The notes under the pieces: model-generated
The model's database searches: none
The model's input: only the letters and a program-made list of their open reading frames with translations
What the model was told of the DNA's origin: nothing
Assembly: GCF_000020225.1 (NCBI RefSeq)
Contig: NC_010655.1
Span: 1,320,001 to 1,352,000 of the forward strand
DNA: 32,000 nucleotides
Source of the DNA: Akkermansia muciniphila ATCC BAA-835
Lineage (GTDB): Bacteria > Verrucomicrobiota > Verrucomicrobiia > Verrucomicrobiales > Akkermansiaceae
Reading direction: 5' to 3'
In this document: in pieces, positions 16,709 to 26,363 of the stretch
Layout of the letters: the number at the start of each line of letters is the position of its first letter
Numbering within the stretch: the first letter of the stretch is position 1
Made by a program: the position numbers and the translations under genes

Positions 16709-18595
16709 ATGATTCGTTATTATTGGGGGAGGTTTTGGCCGTTCCTCCTGTTTGCGTTCGGCATTGAGGCGGTGGAAAATCTGTTTACGGTATTTTTCGA
16801 ATACCGCAACATGGATTTCGGGTTGCTTCCCCTCCTGAAAACGGCGTACGTTTTTGTGACGGAGTTTGCCGTCACCATGTGCTACTGGCTTATTCCCTAT
16901 GCCGTTTATTTGTGGATTCTGCCGCGCGGGAAAGCAGGAGGGAAGGCGGACAGGTGGCTCACCTCCGCATGGTTTTTCCTGTTTGTGCTCGCCAATCTGT
17001 TTGAAGATGTGGCGGAAGCCTTTTTCTGGAACGAGTTTGAAGCCAGCTTCAATTTCATTGCGGTGGATTACCTGGTTTACACCAAGGAGGTTATCGGGAA
17101 TATTTACGAGTCCTATCCCATCATTCCTATTCTGGGCGGCATTCTGGCGGCGTCCGTTCTGGCCGCCTGGGGAATGAAGAGGTTCCTGCTTCCCAGGAAC
17201 GGGGCGGTTCCCGCCGGATGGAAACGGGGCTGTGTGGTGCTGTTCCTGCTGGCCTGCGTCACGGGGGGATATTGGCTGGTGGATATCAAGGATGCGGATG
17301 CCGTGAACAACCGTTATAATTCGGAAATGGCCAAGGATGGCCTTTACAGCCTGTTCAGCGCCTTTCTCAAGAATGAACTGGATTACCGCGCTTATTACCG
17401 GACGCTGCCGGATGCGGAAGCGGCGGCGTTTCTGGCCCGGGAGTTCACGGCGGATGACACGTCCGTGCCGGAGGCTTCGTCCGGCAGCGTAAAGAGGCAG
17501 GTGCGTCCTTCCGAGGGGGCTATCCGCCCGAATGTCGTGGTTGTGGTCATGGAGAGCATGGGAGCGGAATTTTTGAACGAGTGCCGGGAAGACGGGGCTG
17601 ACGTCACTCCGTGCCTGAGCCGTCTGGGAAAGGAAGGCATTTTTTTCCCGAATACTTATGCCACGGGCACCCGTTCCGTACGCGGTCTGGAAGCAATCAG
17701 CACATCCCTGCCGCCGCTTCCCGGCATGTCCATCCTTCGCCAGGAAGGAAACGAGCATTTGCAGACCATAGGTTCCATATTCAGGGACAAGGGATATGAT
17801 CTCAAATGGATTTACGGCGGCTACGGGTATTTTGACAACATGAATTATTTTTTCGGGAACAACGGGTTTCAGGTTCTGGACCGTAATTCCATGGCTGATT
17901 CCGAGGTGACCCATTCCACCATTTGGGGCGTTTGCGATGAAGATTTGTTCCGCCGCGCCGTACGGGAGGCGGATGAATCCTGCGGACGCGGCAAGCCGTT
18001 TTTGCAGGTGGTGTTTACCACGTCCAACCACCGCCCCTACACGTATCCGGAAGGGCGCATTGACATTCCTTCCCACACGGGGCGCATGGGGGCCGTGAAA
18101 TACGCGGATTATGCGGTAGGCGCCTTTGTGGAGGAGGCCAGAACCAAACCCTGGTTTGACAACACGCTGTTCGTGTTCGTAGGAGACCACGGCGCCGGGA
18201 GCGCGGGAAAGCAGGCCCTCAATCCGGAAACGCACCGCATTTTTTCCATTTTCTACGCTCCGGCTCTGCTGAAACCGGAACGGCGGGACACTCCCGTGAG
18301 CCAGATTGACGTGCTGCCCACCCTGCTGGGGCTGTTGAACTGGCCGTATGATGCGGCCTTTTATGGGAAGGATGCCTTGAAGCCTTCCTATCAATCCCGG
18401 TATTTTGTGAGCAATTACCAATATATCGGCTATTTGAAGGGGAAAGACATGGTGGTGCTCAAACCCCAGCGCGGAGTGGAATTTTTCCGGGACGGAGAGG
18501 CCGTTGAGCCGGACGGGCGGATGAAAGAGCTGGAAAGGGAAGCGGTTTATTACTATCAGCACGCTTCCGGCTGGCGCACCAGTTTGAAAGAATAA
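16709..18595 (+). CDS. LTA synthase-family / sulfatase-domain membrane transferase (phosphoglycerol- or phosphoethanolamine-transferase-like)
   Basis: About 5 N-terminal TM helices, then an alkaline-phosphatase-superfamily domain (VVVVMESMGAEF, TGTRSVRGLEA, FTTSNHRPY, VFVGDHG). Confidence 0.85.
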   Translation: MIRYYWGRFWPFLLFAFGIEAVENLFTVFFEYRNMDFGLLPLLKTAYVFVTEFAVTMCYWLIPYAVYLWILPRGKAGGKADRWLTSAWFFLFVLANLFEDVAEAFFWNEFEASFNFIAVDYLVYTKEVIGNIYESYPIIPILGGILAASVLAAWGMKRFLLPRNGAVPAGWKRGCVVLFLLACVTGGYWLVDIKDADAVNNRYNSEMAKDGLYSLFSAFLKNELDYRAYYRTLPDAEAAAFLAREFTADDTSVPEASSGSVKRQVRPSEGAIRPNVVVVVMESMGAEFLNECREDGADVTPCLSRLGKEGIFFPNTYATGTRSVRGLEAISTSLPPLPGMSILRQEGNEHLQTIGSIFRDKGYDLKWIYGGYGYFDNMNYFFGNNGFQVLDRNSMADSEVTHSTIWGVCDEDLFRRAVREADESCGRGKPFLQVVFTTSNHRPYTYPEGRIDIPSHTGRMGAVKYADYAVGAFVEEARTKPWFDNTLFVFVGDHGAGSAGKQALNPETHRIFSIFYAPALLKPERRDTPVSQIDVLPTLLGLLNWPYDAAFYGKDALKPSYQSRYFVSNYQYIGYLKGKDMVVLKPQRGVEFFRDGEAVEPDGRMKELEREAVYYYQHASGWRTSLKE

Positions 18596-18608
18596 GGCTC
18601 CGCAAGGT

Positions 18609-18637
18609 GCGGAGGCCGTGATTGTGGCGGCCTCCGC
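18609..18637. terminator. Hairpin between convergent genes (possible bidirectional terminator, no U-tract)
   Basis: GCGGAGGCC (18609-18617) pairs with GGCCTCCGC (18629-18637). Confidence 0.4.
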
Positions 18638-18656
18638 CCGCGCATGGAAAATGCGT

Positions 18657-19814
18657 TCAGGATTTGCTTCCGTCCCTGTAATCCTGGAGAGCGTCCCAAT
18701 GGAACGTGAAATGCTTCTGCATGTGCAGCCCGTTGGCGAGAATGAACATGAGGGAAATGCGGAATTCGTTATTGTTCAATCCTTCCAGCTCTTTTTTGTC
18801 AATTTTCATGGAGAATTTCCCGCTCTTTTTTCCAAGGCGCCGGGAGAAGGAAACGGCGTCATAGTCCTGGTTGACCGCATAAGGAGGATCCTGGATGTAA
18901 ACATTCAGAGCTTTGACGGTCTGGGGGCTTTTATAATTGCCGGAAACCAGAATCTGGTCTCCTTTAAAAGAAATGGCTACGTCCCCGACCTCCACTTCCG
19001 GCTTGCCTTCGTAGAATTGCTGGGACGGGGTGACGGAAAACACTTCACAGGCATCCAGCAGGGCGCAGCTGGCCGGGGTCAGGAACGTGGGACTGGTCCC
19101 GAACGTGTAATTGCCCGAACCCATCAGGGCCGTGCCGTATTTTTTACCGTCCGAGGCGGTTTGGTGGTTGTGCGGCAGATTAAGGCCGTGCCCCAATTCG
19201 TGGGCCATGCCTCCGTACCATTTGGTCAGCAGCCTTCCTTCCCTTGTTTTCTGCCCCAGGTGTTTGATATCGAAGGCCGGATAATCCAGGGCGAAACAGT
19301 TGCGCCCCATGCCGTAAAAGGGAACTCCGCCGGGATTGTCGGGGCCGTTCTTTTCGTCATTCCAGGTGGGCATGATGATGAGCGTGTGCTGGCTTTTTTT
19401 CCTGTCCGGATGGGCTTTGAAAAATTCGTCAAGTTCCTGGGCCGCTTTCCAGCCGCCTCCGTTTTCATAAGGATAATGGGCCGCCGGATTTTTGGCCTTG
19501 TATTCAATGATGTTCACGCGGCCTGGGGATTTGATGTCCAGGCCGAAGGAACGCGCGCCATAGCCATGCCGCTGCATTTCCTTGCCGTAAAACTGCTGGA
19601 GGTAAAGGAGCAGTTCGCTGAGGCGCCGTTCATAATCCGGAACGGGTTCCGTATCACTGCCCAGAAAATAAACGATATTGAGCTGACGGGCCGTTTTTTT
19701 CAGAGCAATCCGGTCTTTCAGGGCGTCCGGAACGGTGACTTCCGCAAAGGATGTCCCGGAGGCCGCTCCCAGAAAGAACAGAGAAAAAAATGCGGAGAGA
19801 AGTCGTTTCAACAT
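18657..19814 (-). CDS. ogpA: Secreted zinc metallopeptidase, OgpA-like O-glycopeptidase (385 aa)
   Basis: The ATG at 19814 gives signal peptide MLKRLLSAFFSLFFLGAASGTSFA. Zinc motif HELGHGLNLPH (HExxHxxxxxH). The size, motif spacing and divergent GH95 neighbour match my recollection of Akkermansia OgpA (Amuc_1119), but this is unverified. Confidence 0.7.
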   Translation of the reverse strand: MLKRLLSAFFSLFFLGAASGTSFAEVTVPDALKDRIALKKTARQLNIVYFLGSDTEPVPDYERRLSELLLYLQQFYGKEMQRHGYGARSFGLDIKSPGRVNIIEYKAKNPAAHYPYENGGGWKAAQELDEFFKAHPDRKKSQHTLIIMPTWNDEKNGPDNPGGVPFYGMGRNCFALDYPAFDIKHLGQKTREGRLLTKWYGGMAHELGHGLNLPHNHQTASDGKKYGTALMGSGNYTFGTSPTFLTPASCALLDACEVFSVTPSQQFYEGKPEVEVGDVAISFKGDQILVSGNYKSPQTVKALNVYIQDPPYAVNQDYDAVSFSRRLGKKSGKFSMKIDKKELEGLNNNEFRISLMFILANGLHMQKHFTFHWDALQDYRDGSKS

Positions 19815-20006
19815 ACATGCCAAAGTAGGAGCGTCATTTTTAAAGACAAGGAAATTTACTGTTCTCGCCGCCATTGGAGGAAGCGTCCCTGGGCCGGGAG
19901 GGAAATAATGGGGGAAAGAATCCGTCATGTGGCGGCCGATAAGTTCGGAATGGCTGAAAGATAGAGGTTGCGAAGGCAGTAAATATGTGACATTGTTTAT
20001 TAAAGC

Positions 20007-22397
20007 ATGCATTTCCAATCTCTATATTTATCTGCCGTGGCGGTAAGTGCCGTTTCTTTCGGGTGGGGGGCTCTGGATAAGCCTTCCGCCTCCAATTTGA
20101 TCTGGTCTGATGAACCGGCCGTAGTTGTTTATCCGCAGGAAGACAAAAATTCCGAGGGCAGTTTTGGCAAGTACAGAAAGCCTGCCTCCGTCTGGGAAGC
20201 GGAGGGGTATCCCATTGGCAATGGTCGCGTTGGAGCCATGATTTTCAGCGCTCCCGGCCGCGAGCGGCTGGCCCTGAATGAAATCAGCCTTTGGTCCGGA
20301 GGTGCCAATCCGGGGGGAGGGTACGGTTACGGGCCTGATGCCGGAACGAACCAGTTCGGCAACTATCTTCCCTTTGGGGATTTGTTTGTGGACTTTAAAA
20401 AAGGCGACCAACCGGCTTCCCTGTCTGTGGAAGATTTTACGCGCTCCCTGGATCTCCGGGACGGCATTCATAAAGTGAATTACAAGGCGGACGGCGTAAC
20501 GTATGACCGGGAGGCATTCTCCAGCACGCCTGCCAACGTCCTGGTGCTGAATTATAAAGCCAGCAAACCCGGCCAATTCAGCGCGGATTTTTCCGTTAAC
20601 AGCCAGCTTGGAGCAGATATTTCCGCCAAGGGATCCGTCATCACCTGGAAGGGGATGTTGAAAAACGGCATGAATTATGAAGGCCGCGTTTTGATCCGTC
20701 CCAAAGGCGGTACGCTTTCTGCCTCGGGAGATAAAATTTCCGTGAAAAATGCGGATTCCTGCATGGTCGTCATCGCCATGGAGACGGATTACCTGATGGA
20801 TTATAAAAAGGACTGGAAGGGTGAATCTCCCTCCAGGAAGCTGGACCGTTATGCGGCCAAAGCCGCTTCTGCGGATTATGCCGCCCTGAAACAGGCCCAC
20901 ATTTCCCAGTACAAGTCCATGTTTGACCGGGTGAAGGTCAACTTCGGAAAAACGGAGGAGGATGTAGCCAAGCTGCCTACGCCAAAACGTCTGGAGGCCT
21001 ATAAGAAAAATCCGGCAGACCCCGATTTGGAGGAAACCATGTTCCAGTTTGGCCGATATCTGCTGTTGTCCAGTTCCCGGCCCGGCACGCTACCGGCCAA
21101 CCTGCAAGGGTTGTGGAACGATTATGTCAAACCGCCGTGGGCCTGCGACTACCATAACAACATCAACGTCCAGATGGCGTATTGGGGGGCGGAACCCGCC
21201 AATCTTTCCGAATGCCATGAGGCCCTGGTCAATTATGTGGAGGCAATGGCCCCCGGCTGCCGGGACGCTTCCCAGGCGAACAAGGGGTTCAATACCAAGG
21301 ACGGTAAACCCGTGCGCGGCTGGACGGTGCGCACCTCCCAGAATATCTTCGGTGGCAACGGCTGGCAGTGGAACATTCCCGGTGCGGCCTGGTATGCGCT
21401 GCATATATGGGAACATTATGCATTTACCGGTGATAGAAAGTATCTGGAAAAACAGGCGTATCCCCTGATGAAGGAAATCTGTCATTTCTGGGAAGACCAT
21501 TTGAAGGAACTGGGAGCCGGGGGCGAAGGGTTCAAGACAAACGGCAAGGATCCGAGCGAAGAGGAGAAGAAGGATCTGGCCGATGTGAAAGCCGGAACTC
21601 TGGTGGCTCCCAATGGCTGGTCTCCCGAACATGGGCCGCGTGAAGACGGTGTGATGCATGACCAGCAGCTCATTGCGGAGCTTTTCTCCAATACCATCAA
21701 AGCCGCCCGCATTCTGGGCAAGGACGCCGCCTGGGCCAAGAGCCTGGAGGGCAAGCTGAAAAGGCTGGCCGGCAACAAGATAGGCAAGGAAGGGAATCTT
21801 CAGGAATGGATGATTGACCGCATTCCCAAGACGGACCACCGCCATACGTCCCACCTTTTTGCCGTTTTCCCCGGCAACCAGATCAGCAAGCTCAAGACGC
21901 CCAAGCTGGCGGAAGCCGCCCGCCTTTCCTTGGAATGGCGCGGCACGACCGGAGACAGCCGCCGTTCCTGGACGTGGCCGTGGCGCACGGCTCTGTGGGC
22001 CCGCCTGGGCGAGGGGAACAAGGCTCATGAAATGGTTCAGGGACTCTTGAAATTCAACACTTTGCCGAATATGCTGACTACTCATCCCCCTATGCAGATG
22101 GACGGCAACTTCGGCATTGTAGGCGGCATTTGTGAAATGTTGGTGCAATCCCATGCCGGGGGCCTGGACATCATGCCCTCTCCCGTGGAAGCGTGGCCTG
22201 AAGGTTCCGTGAAAGGGCTGAAAGCCCGGGGCAACGTCACGGTGGATTTTTCCTGGAAGGACGGCAAGGTAAGCAACGTGAAGTTGTATTCCGCCCAACC
22301 CAAGGTGTTGCCCGTGCGCGTTAACGGGAAGATGACCCGCATGAAAACCCTGCCGCTGAAATCGGGAGCGGGATCTTCGCAGCCCGCGGCCAGGTAA
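20007..22397 (+). CDS. Glycoside hydrolase family 95 alpha-L-fucosidase
   Basis: Signal peptide, then GNGRVGAMIF...LNEISLWSGG, LPANLQGLWN, DYHNNINVQMAYW and MQMDGNFG, all typical GH95 blocks. Confidence 0.9.
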   Translation: MHFQSLYLSAVAVSAVSFGWGALDKPSASNLIWSDEPAVVVYPQEDKNSEGSFGKYRKPASVWEAEGYPIGNGRVGAMIFSAPGRERLALNEISLWSGGANPGGGYGYGPDAGTNQFGNYLPFGDLFVDFKKGDQPASLSVEDFTRSLDLRDGIHKVNYKADGVTYDREAFSSTPANVLVLNYKASKPGQFSADFSVNSQLGADISAKGSVITWKGMLKNGMNYEGRVLIRPKGGTLSASGDKISVKNADSCMVVIAMETDYLMDYKKDWKGESPSRKLDRYAAKAASADYAALKQAHISQYKSMFDRVKVNFGKTEEDVAKLPTPKRLEAYKKNPADPDLEETMFQFGRYLLLSSSRPGTLPANLQGLWNDYVKPPWACDYHNNINVQMAYWGAEPANLSECHEALVNYVEAMAPGCRDASQANKGFNTKDGKPVRGWTVRTSQNIFGGNGWQWNIPGAAWYALHIWEHYAFTGDRKYLEKQAYPLMKEICHFWEDHLKELGAGGEGFKTNGKDPSEEEKKDLADVKAGTLVAPNGWSPEHGPREDGVMHDQQLIAELFSNTIKAARILGKDAAWAKSLEGKLKRLAGNKIGKEGNLQEWMIDRIPKTDHRHTSHLFAVFPGNQISKLKTPKLAEAARLSLEWRGTTGDSRRSWTWPWRTALWARLGEGNKAHEMVQGLLKFNTLPNMLTTHPPMQMDGNFGIVGGICEMLVQSHAGGLDIMPSPVEAWPEGSVKGLKARGNVTVDFSWKDGKVSNVKLYSAQPKVLPVRVNGKMTRMKTLPLKSGAGSSQPAAR

Positions 22398-22446
22398 AAA
22401 AGGAAATCCATAATCCAGTTTTAGTTCGGGAACTAAAAATAGTCAT

Positions 22447-22484
22447 GGCTTCCAGTCCTTTCGTTAGGGCTGGGAGCCTTTTTT
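22447..22484 (+). terminator. Rho-independent terminator after the GH95 gene
   Basis: GGCTTCCAG (22447-22455) pairs with CTGGGAGCC (22470-22478) with one G-U pair, followed by T6. Confidence 0.55.
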
Positions 22485-22644
22485 ATCCCGGACCTTTGCG
22501 GAAGGGACGTTATTTGTTTCAAAGGAGGAGCTTGCTGAATGGCGCGTTCCGAAAGAAGGAATTCCTCTCGGGATGTAAAGATTGGGAAGGGTTTTCGCAG
22601 GGGGCGGTTCTTCACCCCGTCTTAAGGAAAGAAGGGCTGCGCTC

Positions 22645-24018
22645 TCATTTCTTTTCCATCTGCCTGAGCAGGGAGCAAATGGCGCAGGAATGGAGGGAAC
22701 ACAGGTCTTCGTGAATTTGAAGCAATGCTTGGTGGTGCCAGGCTTTCGCAAGAAAGGCGTGTGCATCCGGCCTGCCGCCCAGCAGGGATTGGTGGACGGA
22801 GAGGACTTTTGTTCCCGCCTGTCCGGCCCGGAGGGAAAGATAATGCTTCCATGCATGTTCGTCATCTTTCATCGGGAGAAGGTGATTGATGATGAAGTCC
22901 AGAATTCTATCCCGGCCCATCAGGGCCATGGGGCGGGGAGACGGTGGGGAAGGAAGCGTTACATGGGTACTCCAGTAGGGGTGTGTAAGGGAGGAGAGGT
23001 ACTTCGTCAGCTCTTCCGTATGTCCGGCAAGGCAAAGACGCTTAAACGCATCAAAATCTGCTGTGATGACGGCCAGCGCCCCTACGCGCCTCTGCGGATG
23101 GTTGGCCGGCCTGTTGCCGGAATACGTCCAGGGAAAGGAGCGGTCCGGTGCCAGTTCAAATTGCGCCCGCAGGGGCCACCATTGAGCCCAGAGTTTTTTG
23201 TGGAGTTCTACGGCTTCCGGTGTGCAGGAGGCCGGAAGAACGGGAAGGAGGAAGCCCGCCGTACCGAAAAGCAGGGCTTCCGGACAGTTCCGGATGGAAC
23301 GCAGGGGCGCCCGCAGGGCCAGGTGGCGCATGGCGGTTTTGTTGGCGTGATAGCCCAGCGTTTCCGCCAGGTTTTCAAAAAGGGCCTGTTCCTCTCCTGC
23401 GTATTTGGCGCGTTCCGCATGGCGGCGGTGCTTGTTCCGGAACCTGTAGGCTGCCGCTGATTGGAGGAGTGTTTCCAGAAACTCCGGAGCCATGGATGCC
23501 AGCAGTCCGGAGTGGCGGCAGTGGCGTACCGGGGCGTTGCCGGAAGGGGATGTTCCTGACCGCGCCAGCGTAGCGGGGGGAATGACAGCCAGAGGAACGC
23601 GTTCATGCCTGGCATTGCGGGTGAACCATTTCCTGCGGCTGGGCGCACAGGCGAGGTGCAGGATAACGCCGTTAAACCCCGGGTTGGAACCGTGCCCGTG
23701 GCGTTCCCAGTCTTCCGGCGCGGGATCCAGTTCGATATCTCCCGATTGCGGGACGCCATTAATGCATATCCTGGCGTTTAGAAAGTCCGGTCCGGCGGAT
23801 TTATTCCAGTTCCCGAAATCCAGAATGTGAACGTCCCTGCCTGAATCATCCGTAAAAGAGGTTCCGAATACTCCTTCCAGAAGAAGAAGCTGAAGAGTCC
23901 GCTCGTCCGGAAGGGCGGAATGATTGGAAACGGAATGTTCCCTGACGGCGGCCGGCCCTTCTTCCCTTGCTGCGGAAAGGGCTTCCTCATACAGGGAGGC
24001 CATGGAGCGCAGGTCCAT
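22645..24018 (-). CDS. DUF2851-family protein, function unknown
   Basis: The N-terminal block ...GNWNKSAGPDFLNARICINGVPQSGDIELD..EDWERHGHGSNPGFNGVILH matches the GPDF / W..HGH / VILH signature I recall for DUF2851. Confidence 0.75.
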   Translation of the reverse strand: MDLRSMASLYEEALSAAREEGPAAVREHSVSNHSALPDERTLQLLLLEGVFGTSFTDDSGRDVHILDFGNWNKSAGPDFLNARICINGVPQSGDIELDPAPEDWERHGHGSNPGFNGVILHLACAPSRRKWFTRNARHERVPLAVIPPATLARSGTSPSGNAPVRHCRHSGLLASMAPEFLETLLQSAAAYRFRNKHRRHAERAKYAGEEQALFENLAETLGYHANKTAMRHLALRAPLRSIRNCPEALLFGTAGFLLPVLPASCTPEAVELHKKLWAQWWPLRAQFELAPDRSFPWTYSGNRPANHPQRRVGALAVITADFDAFKRLCLAGHTEELTKYLSSLTHPYWSTHVTLPSPPSPRPMALMGRDRILDFIINHLLPMKDDEHAWKHYLSLRAGQAGTKVLSVHQSLLGGRPDAHAFLAKAWHHQALLQIHEDLCSLHSCAICSLLRQMEKK

Positions 24019-24035
24019 GTGGAGGGGAGGTATTT

Positions 24036-24596
24036 TTATTGATCTTTCTGCCGTTCCAATTCTTCTTTCAGGCAGTCGGTTACGTTGCGGAATTTTTCTT
24101 CGTTCTCTTCGCTCATTTCGCTCAGGGTCAAATGGGAGTTGAGAACGTGGAGAGTTTGCTCCTTGGCATCCAAGTGAACGGAAGGGGCATTTTCAGTACC
24201 CAGGGCGGCACGTATCTGCTCTACTTTTCCCCTCCAGGGGGCTGTGGGCGGTTCAATGCTGAGCAGGGCGTCCAGCCCCAGGCTTTCCAGGGCGCTCAGG
24301 CAGCGTTCGCTCGGGGAAGCGATTTGGACGGATCCCCCGATGGGAAGCAGCCGTCGGGACAGGCCCGCAAGAGTGCCCATGAAGGTGGAGTCAATGCCGG
24401 AGCAAGTTTCCAGATCAATGACGATCAGACGCCCTCCGGAAGCGATGTAATCGTCCCCCAGGGATTTGACAGTCGGACTATTGGCAAAACTTCCGCGTCC
24501 GGAACACCGGATCCAAAGAAATTCATCAAAAAGGCCGAAAAGGATGGAAGAATTGTTATTCACGTCGTTAGAAAATGGAAACCATATGAATAACAA
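24036..24596 (-). CDS. STAS-domain protein with an acidic coiled C-terminal tail
   Basis: WIRCSGRGSFANSPTVKSL...GGRLIVIDLETCSGIDSTFMGTLAGL...LESLGLDALL is an anti-sigma-antagonist/STAS-like pattern. The track start is TTG (an in-frame GTG lies 11 codons in), so the start is uncertain. There is a 17-nt gap to the DUF2851 gene. Confidence 0.6.
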   Translation of the reverse strand: MLFIWFPFSNDVNNNSSILFGLFDEFLWIRCSGRGSFANSPTVKSLGDDYIASGGRLIVIDLETCSGIDSTFMGTLAGLSRRLLPIGGSVQIASPSERCLSALESLGLDALLSIEPPTAPWRGKVEQIRAALGTENAPSVHLDAKEQTLHVLNSHLTLSEMSEENEEKFRNVTDCLKEELERQKDQ

Positions 24597-24632
24597 GAGA
24601 AACCTCTGCGGTCAAGTCAGGATTTAATTTGC

Positions 24633-24686
24633 GCGCCGCCGGAAGAAGGTTCGTTTTCTCGCATGCAGAACCTTTTCCCGCGGCGC
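24633..24686 (-). other. Long imperfect hairpin between paralog A and the STAS gene
   Basis: GCGCCGCCGGAAGAAGGTTC (24633-24652) pairs with GAACCTTTTCCCGCGGCGC (24668-24686), about 17 paired positions. No U-tract. Confidence 0.35.
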
Positions 24687-24711
24687 TCTTTTCGTTATTC
24701 GGAGGGATGCC

Positions 24712-26214
24712 TCAGGAGTTCTTGGTGCCTTCCCCCGTACCAGGCAGGAAACGGTAATAGGTTTCCAGCATCAGCGTTGCCAGGCACTGGCGGTAGATGT
24801 TTTCAGATTTATTGCTCATGCCGGAAACGTATCCTACGTCATTTTTCCGGAAACTGCCGTCCGCATTCTGGCCGCTGAGCACGGCGTCCCGGAATGCTTT
24901 GTTGTAAGAGGTCCATACGTCTCCTCCGCGGTTCATGGCAGCCTGCACGCAGTAGTAATGCATGTAGAGATTGCTCTTGACGTTTTCCGTGCCGCTTCCC
25001 TGGCCCCACTGGAGGTTTTTGACATTGTTTTTGATCCAGTCCAGACCCTTGCGGGCGGCGCTGTCCGAGCCGTTGCCCGTCATTTGCAGAGAAAGCACGC
25101 CCACGCCTACCAGGGAGGAACGGGGCATATTGCCGTTTTCCTTATAGGAAAACTTACCGTCCGGCATGACGTTCTTGCGCACGTAGCTTGAGGCCTTGCG
25201 CAGCGTGGAGCGGATTTCCCCTTTGGTAGGCTTGACGCCGCCGTGTTCGGCAGCCTTGAGGGCCTGTACGTTCCATCCGGTGACGGAAAGGTCGATGTCC
25301 GGATTAATCTTGTTGTTGTAGCTGTAGCCCCAACCCCCGTTGGGGCACTGGGCGTCAATAATCCTGTCCACGGCTTTTACGACGACCTTTTCCAGATTGG
25401 AGATGGAGGGGATGTCCATCTGCTTGCAGAAGGTGTAGGCTTCGCACAGGGCATAGGTGGCTACCGCGTGGTCATAACAGATTTCCTTCAGGGCGGGCTG
25501 TTCCGAAAGGACGGGGTTTTTCATGCCTAAGTCCACCAGGAAGGAAATGCCTTTCAGGACGTTTTCTCCGAATTCCTCGGAAAGAGGGGTTTCACAGTGG
25601 GCCAGGTAGGCCAGCAGGGAAATGCCGGTCATGGAAGCGCGGAATTGTCCTTCACCCCAGGAGCCGTTGCCGTTCTGCTGTTTTTTCAGCCAGCGGAGGG
25701 ATTTGACTACGGCTTCCTCGCACTGCGGAGTGCCTCCGTTTTCCGTGATGCGCTTCATGCGGTCGTTCAAATCGCAGCGCTTGGAGATGATGCCGGGAAT
25801 GCCTCCCCCGTCTCCGTCGCCCGTGCCGGTGCCGAAGCCGTCGCCGATGTCGATGCCCATGGAAAGTTCTTCCGAGGGGACGTCCACCTCAATATCCGGG
25901 TTGACCACCGCGACGTCCGCCGTGGCGACGGCGGCGATGACCTTCACCTGCGCGGAGGTGGAGGAACTGCTGGGGCGCTGGGTGGTCTGGGTAACTTCCG
26001 GCGTGTCGATGTCCGGGTTGTCGCCTTCCTGGGTGGCATAGGCGACCATGGGGGGATCTTCCGGAACGGCCACGATGATGTGCACCAGGTAGAGGAGGAG
26101 GCCCATGAGGGCGATGCCGAGGAAGGAGACGGAAATGGCGGCGGTCAGTGTCTTGGTCCGCTGCTTCTTCAATTCCGCAAGGGCATTTTCAGTACTTTCA
26201 ATGTGGAGACTCAT
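24712..26214 (-). CDS. Membrane-anchored prenyltransferase/squalene-oxidase-repeat (alpha/alpha-toroid) protein, paralog A (500 aa)
   Basis: Short N-terminus, one TM (ISVSFLGIALMGLLLYLVHIIVAV), an S/T/P-rich and Gly/Asp-rich linker, then repeats with NGSWG, NGGWGYSYN, DGKFSY, DGSFRKN typical of terpene-cyclase/prenyltransferase beta repeats. Confidence 0.85.
   Translation of the reverse strand: MSLHIESTENALAELKKQRTKTLTAAISVSFLGIALMGLLLYLVHIIVAVPEDPPMVAYATQEGDNPDIDTPEVTQTTQRPSSSSTSAQVKVIAAVATADVAVVNPDIEVDVPSEELSMGIDIGDGFGTGTGDGDGGGIPGIISKRCDLNDRMKRITENGGTPQCEEAVVKSLRWLKKQQNGNGSWGEGQFRASMTGISLLAYLAHCETPLSEEFGENVLKGISFLVDLGMKNPVLSEQPALKEICYDHAVATYALCEAYTFCKQMDIPSISNLEKVVVKAVDRIIDAQCPNGGWGYSYNNKINPDIDLSVTGWNVQALKAAEHGGVKPTKGEIRSTLRKASSYVRKNVMPDGKFSYKENGNMPRSSLVGVGVLSLQMTGNGSDSAARKGLDWIKNNVKNLQWGQGSGTENVKSNLYMHYYCVQAAMNRGGDVWTSYNKAFRDAVLSGQNADGSFRKNDVGYVSGMSNKSENIYRQCLATLMLETYYRFLPGTGEGTKNS
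25675..26214. repeat. 540-bp direct repeat, copy 1 (5' third of paralog A)
   Basis: Hand alignment to 27348-27887 (offset 1673) gives 12 mismatches and no indels. Confidence 0.95.
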
Positions 26215-26363
26215 AGAGGGAGGTGTCTGGTTAGCATCAAGGCAAAAACTCCCGCATTTCTGAAAAATGGGGAGAATTGCCCTGTACAGGTATGTATTGC
26301 TGGCCTGCCTGTTTACAAGGCTGGCAGCATACTAAAGCCAGACACGCCTGTCTGTCAATCAGA

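Noticed and set aside
16307-18562. 751-aa minus-strand ORF. Similar long antisense ORFs: 15487-16626, 18618-19964, 21090-22298, 2501-3439, 26277-27821, 29543-30931, 4868-5509, 5540-6208
   Set aside because: Each lies opposite a gene with clear family motifs (LtaS-family, thiH, ogpA, GH95, hisG, paralog B, rsmA, HK, RR). Each encodes Arg/Gly/His/Pro-rich sequence without recognisable domains. I treat them as frame-shadow artefacts, not overlapping genes.
26224-26345. 8-bp inverted repeat GTGTCTGG / CCAGACAC flanking the intergenic region between the two paralogs (possible second switch)
   Set aside because: Only 8 bp are perfect, and extension needs an indel. Such a match within ~150 bp is not very improbable by chance. 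It does not resemble the 19-bp IR at 12961/13149.
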